From Patescibacteria group bacterium (GTDB lineage Bacteria; Patescibacteriota; Patescibacteriia; SG8-24; DYFX01), in NCBI GenBank assembly GCA_030583805.1, contig CP129476.1, positions 53,453 to 117,452 of the forward strand: a stretch of DNA of 64,000 bases. The letters are read 5' to 3'. Of this stretch, positions 19,591 to 26,903 are shown piece after piece. Positions within the stretch are counted from its first letter, which is position 1. Each line of letters opens with the position of its first letter. A program made the position numbers and the translations under genes. The notes below the pieces were generated by a model that ran no database searches, was not told the DNA's origin, and saw nothing but the letters and a program-made list of their open reading frames with translations.

Positions 19591-20616
19591 TCAGTGGATC
19601 GGCAGGCTGATGACGTGCTTGGCGGCGAATTCCGAATGGGGGAGGGGCGCGTGCTTGCCGAACAGGCCGACGTAGGCCGGCTGCTTGTAGACCGGAACGT
19701 CGTAATAGATTGCGGACGGAATGCCTTCGCGTTCAAGTTCTTTCACGAACGCCTTGCGGTCGTGTACGAGCAGCGTGAAGACGTTGTAGGTATGCCCCTC
19801 CTGTTCGGGCAGCGCCATGACGTTCGGGTGGTTCCGGTATTTTTTGAACCAGGATTGCGCTCGCGCGCGTCGCACGGCCAGATCTTCCTCCAGCCATGCT
19901 ATTTTTTCAAGCAGGACGGCGGCTTGGATCGTGTCGAGACGGCTGTTGCCGCCGATGATCTGGTGGACGTACTTTCTGGGTTGTCCGTGGTTTTTGAGCA
20001 GCTTGAAGCGCGCCAGGACGGCTTTCGAGCGGATCGTGACCGCGCCGCCGTCGCCGAAGGCGCCAAGATTCTTCGTCGGGAAGAAACTGAAGCAGCCGAC
20101 ATCACCGAACGTGCCGGTGAGCTTGCCGCCGCTTTTCGCGCCGTAGGACTGGGCGCAATCCTCGACGAGTTTCAGGTGATGCTTTTTGCAGATACGCGCG
20201 ACCTCCGCCACGTCGCAGGCAAGGCCGTAGAGATGTACGACGAGGACGGCGCGCGTTTTTTTCGTGATCTTTTTCTCGATCTGCGAAGCGTCGATGTTGA
20301 AGGTCTGCGGATCGATGTCGACCAGGACCGGTTTTGCGCCGACGGCCGCGATCGCTTCAATGGTCGCGAAATAGGTGAACGCCGTCGTGATGACTTCGTC
20401 GCCCGGACCGATACCGAGCGCTTTCAGGCCGATCATCAGAGCGTCCGTGCCCGAATTGCAGGTGACGGCTTCCACGCCGAAAAAGTCCGACAGCTTACGC
20501 TCGAGATCTCCGACTTCCGGACCGTTGATGAACTGTTCGGCGGCGACAACACGACCGATCCGCTTCAAGAGCAGGTCGGTTTTTTTCTTTGAGAGCTGTT
20601 GCGAAAAGAAGTTCAT
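19591..20616 (-). CDS. DegT/DnrJ/EryC1/StrS family PLP-dependent sugar aminotransferase
   Basis: 341 aa. TCNSGTDAL, HLYG, and an FFPTKNLGAFGDGGAV lysine region. Confidence 0.9.
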   Translation of the reverse strand: MNFFSQQLSKKKTDLLLKRIGRVVAAEQFINGPEVGDLERKLSDFFGVEAVTCNSGTDALMIGLKALGIGPGDEVITTAFTYFATIEAIAAVGAKPVLVDIDPQTFNIDASQIEKKITKKTRAVLVVHLYGLACDVAEVARICKKHHLKLVEDCAQSYGAKSGGKLTGTFGDVGCFSFFPTKNLGAFGDGGAVTIRSKAVLARFKLLKNHGQPRKYVHQIIGGNSRLDTIQAAVLLEKIAWLEEDLAVRRARAQSWFKKYRNHPNVMALPEQEGHTYNVFTLLVHDRKAFVKELEREGIPSAIYYDVPVYKQPAYVGLFGKHAPLPHSEFAAKHVISLPIH

Positions 20617-21344
20617 GCGGAAGCGGGTCCTTCGTAGGTGATCTCGTCGTCAGACAGGCGGCGCGGGCCGCGTACGGTTTCGCGTTCTTCGATGATCTGT
20701 GCGAGCAGTCCCGGCAAGCGAGCGAGCGCAAAGATGCCGCGCATCGGTTCAGGTCCGAAACCCATGTCGAGCAAGACGGCTGCCATCGCCCCGTCGACGT
20801 TAAGCGGCAGCGGTTTTTTCGCGTCGGTATTCAGCGCCGCTTCGACGCGTTCGGCGAACGCGGCATAGGCGCCGTAGACGCCGAGCGCTTTGGCGCGCGC
20901 GCATAAGGCTTCGCTGCGGCGGTCCTTGGCCAGAAGCTTGTGCCCGTATCCCGGCAAGCGGCGGTGTTCGGCGTGTGCGCGCGAGACGACGACTGCGGGG
21001 TCTTCCTGCGCCTGCGCGAGAAAGAATCTGGCCGCGTTCTCGATCGCGCCGCCGTGCAGCGTACCTTGGGCTAGGATGCCGGCGGCCAAAGCGACGTGCG
21101 GATCGTTTCCGGAAGAGGCGACGGCGCGCGCCGTGATCGACGAAACGGGCGCCGCGCCGTGATCGATGGCGGCGACCAGCACGGATTCCAGCATGGCGGC
21201 CTGTTCTTTCGTCGGCCAGCTCTCGCGCAGCAAAAGCCACGTCACTTCCGTAAACGACCGCGTACCGATCAAGGAGATCAGGTCGTGGCCGCGAAGAAGT
21301 TCGTGTTCCTTCGTGACATGGGAGATGCGCGTTTTGATGTTCAT
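20613..21344 (-). CDS. citrate synthase-like catalytic domain protein (citryl-CoA lyase / ATP-citrate lyase C-terminal-like)
   Basis: 243 aa. GYGHKLLAKDRRSE resembles the citrate-synthase HxxY...D-R catalytic loop. Size matches CCL / ACL C-terminal domain. Start overlaps the upstream gene stop by 4 bp. Confidence 0.6.
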   Translation of the reverse strand: MNIKTRISHVTKEHELLRGHDLISLIGTRSFTEVTWLLLRESWPTKEQAAMLESVLVAAIDHGAAPVSSITARAVASSGNDPHVALAAGILAQGTLHGGAIENAARFFLAQAQEDPAVVVSRAHAEHRRLPGYGHKLLAKDRRSEALCARAKALGVYGAYAAFAERVEAALNTDAKKPLPLNVDGAMAAVLLDMGFGPEPMRGIFALARLPGLLAQIIEERETVRGPRRLSDDEITYEGPASA

Positions 21345-22237
21345 GCGTGGGTCGTCGAATGGATCAATTCTACGAGGTTTTCGAAGCGTTCGGCAACCAA
21401 GGCGCCGGCGTCTTGGAGCGCCGCCATTTTTTCCCGGGCCGACCGGCCCTTGCCGACGATCGCGCCGGCGTGTCCCACAACAGTACCCGACGGCAGCGTT
21501 TCGGCGAAGGCGCCGCCGATATGCACCGCGAGCGGCTTCGTAAAGCCGCCGTCATGCAGCAAAGAAACGATTTCCGTTTCGTAGTTCACGCCCTGTTCGG
21601 CGTAGAGCACGACGGCTTTCGTGGCCGGGTCGTTTTCCATTTCCTTCAGGACGTCGGCGTACGTCGTGCCGATCAAGAGTTCGCCGCCGACGTGGACGGC
21701 GGCGCTCTGTCCGAGGCCGGCCTGGCGCACGAGCCAGGAGAGCTCGTTGGTCATGCCGCCGGAGCGCGAGATGACGCCGATCGGTCCTGGCGCGTAGATG
21801 TCGTCGACCAAAGGGCCGCCGACGACGCCGAGGCGTCCGATGCCGGGAACGATGCAGCCGAGCGAGCCAGGGCCGATGATCCGTGCGCCGCGTTCGCGCG
21901 CCGCCGCGAGGCAGTAGGCCGCGTCCTTGAGCGGCATCTTTTCCGTCATGACGTTCACGAGCGGTACGCCCGCCTCAAGCGCTTCGAGCACGGCGGATTT
22001 TGCGGCGGACGGAGGCACATAGACCGCCGAGACGTTGATTTCCGGGAAGGACGACAGGGCGTCTCGCACGGTCCCGAAGACCGGCGCGCCGTCGGCGACG
22101 TGCCCGCCTTTGCCCGGCGTGACGCCGCACGGCACGCGCGTGCGGTACGCCCGCATGGCCGTGAGCGCGCGCAATCCCTCCTTGCCGGTGATGCCCTGGA
22201 TCAAGACCGATGTTTTTTCCGTCAGCAGGATACTCAT
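21341..22237 (-). CDS. succinyl-CoA synthetase alpha-subunit (SucD)-like CoA-binding protein
   Basis: 298 aa. MSILLTEKTSVLIQGITGKEG, GVTPGKGG, phosphohistidine loop GHAGAIV. Colinear with SucD/CcsB. Confidence 0.85.
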   Translation of the reverse strand: MSILLTEKTSVLIQGITGKEGLRALTAMRAYRTRVPCGVTPGKGGHVADGAPVFGTVRDALSSFPEINVSAVYVPPSAAKSAVLEALEAGVPLVNVMTEKMPLKDAAYCLAAARERGARIIGPGSLGCIVPGIGRLGVVGGPLVDDIYAPGPIGVISRSGGMTNELSWLVRQAGLGQSAAVHVGGELLIGTTYADVLKEMENDPATKAVVLYAEQGVNYETEIVSLLHDGGFTKPLAVHIGGAFAETLPSGTVVGHAGAIVGKGRSAREKMAALQDAGALVAERFENLVELIHSTTHA

Positions 22238-23304
22238 AGCGCCAGCGTTTTCATGCGTGTCACGGCATCATCCATCGACGTTTCCTTGCCGAAAAGTTCG
22301 ATGCGCAGGCCGTTCCGTTCCGCGCAGGCGCGCAAGAGCGCGAGGCCTTCGCGTTCGCGCGGGCCGGCACGGCGGACGACGATCGGGTAGGAAGGCTTGA
22401 GCGCGTCGAGCGCCTCGGCAATGCCTTCGAACGTTTCTTTGACGTCGGTAAAATTGGCGATGCCGCCGACGATCAGCGCGCCGCGGAGGCCCGGCTTCGA
22501 CAAGACGAGCGTCGCGAGCTCGCGGACTTTTTCTTTCGGCGGGTTTCCGGAGTACTCGGCGTAATTGGCAGCGCGGAGTCCGGCGCGTTGCATGGCGTCC
22601 ATGTTCACGAGACTCGCGCCGCCGCCCGAAAAAAGCGTGGCGATGTCGCCGGAGAGCGCGCGATACGACGCGCCGAAGGCCGAACGGTCATGCACTGCGT
22701 CGTCGAGCGCGACCTTTGCGTCGAGCGCCACGAGTGATCCGTCTGCGCGCTCGGCGACGGGATTGATTTCGATTTGCCGCGCGTCTTCTTCAAAAAATGC
22801 TTTGACAAGCTTTTCGCAAAGCTCCGGCAACGCTTTGGCGATCAGGCCCAGCTCGCCGAAAATTCCTTCGAGCGAGCGCGCCGGATCGCGCGAATCGATC
22901 GGAAAGGATCGGATATCCTCGCGCGTCTCGACGCCGGAGCCTCCGTGTCGGCCGACGAGCAGGAGCGGTCCGCGAGAAGCGGCGTCGTAGAGGCAGGAAA
23001 CGTACAGTTCGCGCGCCGCAACGATGTGCTCTTCGAGCAGCATGCGCTCTACGGGCTGGCCGTTCACGCCGCGCGCCAGCCATGCGGACACAGTCTTCTC
23101 GACGTCGGACACGGATTCGCAAAAAACCACGCCGCCGTGCGCGGCGCGGTTTCCCTCAAGGATTTGCGCTTTGACCACCCAGCAGCCGCCCAGACTCTTC
23201 GTGGCCGCTTCGATCTCCTCGATGCCTGAAATAAGGATTCCGGCAGGAATCGCGATGCCGTGTTTTGCGAGGAGCGTCTTACCTTCGTGCTCGCAGACGT
23301 TCAT
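22234..23304 (-). CDS. succinyl-CoA synthetase beta-subunit (SucC)-like ATP-grasp protein
   Basis: 356 aa. MNVCEHEGKTLLAKHGIAIP resembles the SucC N-terminus. ATP-grasp plus CoA-ligase domains. Start overlaps the SucD-like stop (4 bp). Confidence 0.85.
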   Translation of the reverse strand: MNVCEHEGKTLLAKHGIAIPAGILISGIEEIEAATKSLGGCWVVKAQILEGNRAAHGGVVFCESVSDVEKTVSAWLARGVNGQPVERMLLEEHIVAARELYVSCLYDAASRGPLLLVGRHGGSGVETREDIRSFPIDSRDPARSLEGIFGELGLIAKALPELCEKLVKAFFEEDARQIEINPVAERADGSLVALDAKVALDDAVHDRSAFGASYRALSGDIATLFSGGGASLVNMDAMQRAGLRAANYAEYSGNPPKEKVRELATLVLSKPGLRGALIVGGIANFTDVKETFEGIAEALDALKPSYPIVVRRAGPREREGLALLRACAERNGLRIELFGKETSMDDAVTRMKTLAL

Positions 23305-24352
23305 ATTCTTCCTTCACGCGCCGTACGAGCTTTTTGAGATTGTGGTGCTCGACGACGATCGAGCGGAGCGTTTCGCCCATGCGGGCGCGTTCGTCGGGCG
23401 CGAGCGACAGGCACTTGTCGAGCTTGGCGGCAAAATCCTCAGCACCCCATTCGTAAAAGAGGTAGGGCAGCCACTCGCCGAAGTATTGGTTGAAGACCGG
23501 TGTGCAGACGAGCGTCGGAACGCCGCAGGACATCGACTCGAGAAAATTCTTTCCGGCGCCGCCGCCGCGCTGCATGGCGATGGAGACCGACGCGCCGCAC
23601 AAGTAGGGGAGAATGTCCTTGTTCGGCACCGGCCCCACGAAGTCGAAAGCGTCCTCCAGGCCGGCCGCCTTGATGCGTTCCTTGATGCCGGCGACGTAGG
23701 CTACGTCGGACGCGGTCAGCGGTCCGCCGATGATGCGTGCCACGAAATCGCGGCGACCGTACTTGTCGCGGAGAAGCTTGCAAGCATCGATCAGCAAATC
23801 ATACTCCTTAATAGGAGAAAGGCGTCCGACGCTTAAAATCACCTTGCGTTCCGAGGTGCGTTGCGGCACGGGGCAGCTGAAGAGATCCGGGTCGACGCCG
23901 TGGCCGACCGCCATGAATTTCGGCGAATCGCTGCCGCGGAAGCTTTCCTTCGAAACCGAAACGACGCCGTCGCCGAGCCAAAGCGCCATGAGCCGCAGCC
24001 AGCTGCCGCCCTTATGCGCGAACCAAAGCAGCGTCGTCTTGCCCATGAGCCTCCAGAACGGGCCGCCGAGCGTGACGTACTCGGAGTTCATGTGCACGAA
24101 GACGCAGTCGTAGTCGTTGCGCAGGCCGAAAATGTATTTGTAGAAACGCCAAAGGTACTGCAGCCGCGAGCGCTTTTCCTCTTTGCCGAGCGAGTGCACG
24201 CGCACGTTGGACGGGAGATCGTACGCGCCTTTTTTCAAACAGATCACTTCGACGGACGCGAAGACTTCAGCGAACCTCTTGATCCACTGGTGAAACGCGC
24301 CGAGCACGTCGTCGTTCTTATCGACGATTTGCGTGATGATCAGGAGTTTCAT
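23279..24352 (-). CDS. glycosyltransferase family 4
   Basis: Start MKLLIITQ (ATGA overlap with the upstream stop). GT4-like C-terminal domain (VGRLSPIKEYDLLIDA...GGGAGKNFLESMSCGVPTLV). Confidence 0.75.
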   Translation of the reverse strand: MKLLIITQIVDKNDDVLGAFHQWIKRFAEVFASVEVICLKKGAYDLPSNVRVHSLGKEEKRSRLQYLWRFYKYIFGLRNDYDCVFVHMNSEYVTLGGPFWRLMGKTTLLWFAHKGGSWLRLMALWLGDGVVSVSKESFRGSDSPKFMAVGHGVDPDLFSCPVPQRTSERKVILSVGRLSPIKEYDLLIDACKLLRDKYGRRDFVARIIGGPLTASDVAYVAGIKERIKAAGLEDAFDFVGPVPNKDILPYLCGASVSIAMQRGGGAGKNFLESMSCGVPTLVCTPVFNQYFGEWLPYLFYEWGAEDFAAKLDKCLSLAPDERARMGETLRSIVVEHHNLKKLVRRVKEEYERLRARR

Positions 24353-24927
24353 GCGGGGCGCACAAGCCCGTCCTCCAGACGGTAGGTTTTTCCGCACGGC
24401 GCGCAGACGGCGCGTTCGTTTTCAAAAGACAGTCGCGCATCGCAGGCGCAAACCCAACCGATGGGCTTGGCCGGAACGCCGACGACGAGCGCGTAGTCCG
24501 GCACGTTCTTGGTGACGACGGCGCCCGCACCGACCATCGCCCAAGCGCCGATCGTCACGCCGCAGACGATGGTCGCATTCGCGCCGATTGCTGCGCCGGT
24601 TTTGACGAGCGTCGGCTGCCAAGCTTCGCGTTTGGAGGTCTCGCGCGAGCGCGGCATCGGGTCGTTCGTAAAAACGACCGACGGGCCGACGAACACGCGG
24701 TCTTCCAGCGTCACGAGATCCCAGACGTCGATATTCGCCTCGAGTTTCACGCGGTCGCCCAAAACGGCTTTTCCGAAAACGGTGCAGTTGTGGCCGATGA
24801 CGCAGGTTTCGCCGACCTTCGCGCCGCTCACGATCTGGCTGTGGCGCCAGATTTTCGTGCCTGAACCGATGGTCGCGTCGTCGGCGACTTCGGCGGTCGG
24901 ATGGATCGTGACGCCCTCATGCGCCAT
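24349..24927 (-). CDS. hexapeptide-repeat (LbH) sugar N-acetyltransferase, WbpD/PglD/QdtC-like, with C-terminal Cys4 ribbon
   Basis: 192 aa of left-handed beta-helix repeats. C-terminus CACDARLSFENERAVCAPCG (CxC...CxxC). Confidence 0.85.
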   Translation of the reverse strand: MAHEGVTIHPTAEVADDATIGSGTKIWRHSQIVSGAKVGETCVIGHNCTVFGKAVLGDRVKLEANIDVWDLVTLEDRVFVGPSVVFTNDPMPRSRETSKREAWQPTLVKTGAAIGANATIVCGVTIGAWAMVGAGAVVTKNVPDYALVVGVPAKPIGWVCACDARLSFENERAVCAPCGKTYRLEDGLVRPA

Positions 24928-25714
24928 ACGCGGCGTAGAGCGAATCGACGAGTTCGACGGACGGCAGCGTCTCGGCCGGGCGCACGCCCTTGCCCTCGAG
25001 CAGGTCGAGGTAGACGAGGCGGTGCAGATTCTCGTATGACAAGTTATCCTTCGACGAGAAGTTGTAATCCTTGCCGTTCACGACGAAGCGGCGTTGCTGA
25101 CCCGCGCGGTCGCGGTAGATGCCGACCGTCCAGGTGCAGCGATAACGGTCGCCTTCGATGACGCCTTTGCCGACGAGATCGTTCAATTCCGTCGTCGTGA
25201 CCTTCGTCGGCGCTCCGAAGATGTGCTGGAGCAGGTCGAAATAGTGGATGCCGATGTTGTAGAGCGGGCCGCCGGAGCGCTTGTTGTCGCCCTTCCACGT
25301 TTTGAAATACTTCTCGTCGCGGTAGACGGAAATATTCATGTCGATCTCGAACGTGCCGCCGGCGGCGACCTGCGCGCGCAAATCGTGCACCATCGGATGA
25401 TGGCGCAGCTGCATCACGGTGAAGATCTTGTCGAATCCGGCCAGCGATTTGACCGACTCCGCGGAGATGCCGAGCGGCTTTTCGCAAAGCACGAGCTTGC
25501 CGGCTTCGGCGGCCGCGCGTGCCATCGGGACGTGCAGGTCGTTCGGGCCGAGGATCACGATACAATCGGTTTTCGGGTTGTCCATCACTCCGGTTTTCCA
25601 GCGGTCTTCGCCGTACGCGGTATTCACCGCGTCGATCAATTTTCCGCCCAAAGCCTCGATGGCTTCGGCGTGCCGCGGCATGATGAATCCGGTTCCAATC
25701 AGGCTGAAGTTCAT
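24917..25714 (-). CDS. Gfo/Idh/MocA family sugar oxidoreductase (WbpB-like), short form
   Basis: 265 aa. N-terminal Rossmann MNFSLIGTGFIMPRHAEA, then EKP and a GGPLYNIGIHYFDLL C-terminal domain. Confidence 0.8.
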   Translation of the reverse strand: MNFSLIGTGFIMPRHAEAIEALGGKLIDAVNTAYGEDRWKTGVMDNPKTDCIVILGPNDLHVPMARAAAEAGKLVLCEKPLGISAESVKSLAGFDKIFTVMQLRHHPMVHDLRAQVAAGGTFEIDMNISVYRDEKYFKTWKGDNKRSGGPLYNIGIHYFDLLQHIFGAPTKVTTTELNDLVGKGVIEGDRYRCTWTVGIYRDRAGQQRRFVVNGKDYNFSSKDNLSYENLHRLVYLDLLEGKGVRPAETLPSVELVDSLYAAYGA

Positions 25715-25758
25715 ACTTCGGCATTATCGGCTTGAGAGGGCGATTCGTCAATGAACGC

Positions 25759-25787
25759 TTGACGTTTTGGTATTTTTGGGGAATACT
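25759..25787 (+). promoter_or_regulatory. sigma70-like promoter candidate (TTGACG-17-AATACT) with ~150-nt leader before 25936
   Basis: TTGACG 25759-25764, 17-nt spacer, AATACT 25782-25787. It lies in the 220-bp intergenic region that must also hold the leftward promoter of the 9-gene operon. Confidence 0.4.
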
Positions 25788-25935
25788 AGGTCGTTGCCTG
25801 GAAGTATCCTGTTTGAACTCAGCGTTTTGAGGCTGCATCTCGGCTCCAAACCGCCGCGTTCAAAAGGGAAGTTCCCGAGGCGAACGTTTCGTCTCAGAAC
25901 GTACCGACGGCATTCAAGAAAGGCAGGGTAGCCAT

Positions 25936-26745
25936 ATGGCCAACCTGTTCACTGTTCCCGCTGGAAAGCTCAATACGTTCACTGGCAAGCTGTCGCAAGA
26001 GGGCCTAACGGCCGAAATCGTCTTGGCGACTGACAAATATCCGGAGATCGTCCGGGTAATGGTCGAGGCGGGGCGCAAGGCGTTCGAAGCTCGTGATCAG
26101 AACCCCTTCGTCATGACGCTTGAGGAGCAGCTCGAGGCACTGCGTCTCGCCAACATGGAGGAGGGGTGGGGTATCGCTGACGAGATCATCGATCAGCTCG
26201 CCGCGACCGCACCCGCTTGGCCCAAGGGCCGTGACTCCTACCGTTCGTTTCGTATTCGCTTCGGTGAAGGTGGTGATGGTGTGGCACAGACCTTCGAGGC
26301 GCACATGACCCGCATTGAGCGCCTGTACGGAAAAGAGAAGTTTCAGCGACACACGTACTTGCGCTCGGGAAAAGAGTACTTGCGCCGACACGCACCGGAT
26401 CGTCCCCATACGCCCGTTGTCGAGTGGTGCATCACAAGTCTCGATGCCAACGAGAAAATGAAGAGCGTCAAAGCTCGTCGCGGTCCGAAGTCGCTCGCCG
26501 ACGAAGGTTTGGTTCTCGCCTGGCTCTTTCCCAAACGAGTTGAAGCGATCGACCGCAGCATGTGGCCGGCATGGTTCTGTGCAGGGTACGAGATCTGTGT
26601 TCCAGAGTTTTGCCCTCAAGGTTTCGTCCCTACTTGGAACAACCTGATCTGCGTCACCCGCATCCAGAATGGCGAGATACTTCTGAAAATCGACCAACAG
26701 GACTGCGCCTTAAAGGGCTATTCGGTGCCGGCTGTTGAGGGGTGA
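25936..26745 (+). CDS. hypothetical protein with Cys-rich C-terminus
   Basis: 269 aa, no recognisable domain. C-terminal cysteines (WFCAGYEICVPEFCPQGF...NLICV...QDCALKGY). Confidence 0.5.
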   Translation: MANLFTVPAGKLNTFTGKLSQEGLTAEIVLATDKYPEIVRVMVEAGRKAFEARDQNPFVMTLEEQLEALRLANMEEGWGIADEIIDQLAATAPAWPKGRDSYRSFRIRFGEGGDGVAQTFEAHMTRIERLYGKEKFQRHTYLRSGKEYLRRHAPDRPHTPVVEWCITSLDANEKMKSVKARRGPKSLADEGLVLAWLFPKRVEAIDRSMWPAWFCAGYEICVPEFCPQGFVPTWNNLICVTRIQNGEILLKIDQQDCALKGYSVPAVEG

Positions 26746-26870
26746 TCGTGTTAAGACGCTTGCACATTCCCTGACCAGCTCGAAACAAATTCTTCGCGCG
26801 ACAAACCGCATTTGGAAAACGCCCTCTCAGGGCGCGCTCCATGTGCGGTATTTTCTTTTGCGCAAACTGG

Positions 26871-26890
26871 CCAAAAACGCGTTTTTTTGG
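26871..26890. repeat. perfect 20-bp palindrome CCAAAAACGCGTTTTTTTGG (A/T-rich arms) 14-33 bp upstream of the GT4-GT-C gene start
   Basis: Seen directly in sequence. Could be an operator or a weak bidirectional hairpin. Confidence 0.5.
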
Positions 26891-26903
26891 CAGGATAGGG
26901 GAG

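Noticed and set aside
21347-22390. 347-aa plus-strand ORF
   Set aside because: Shadow of the SucD-like and SucC-like genes.
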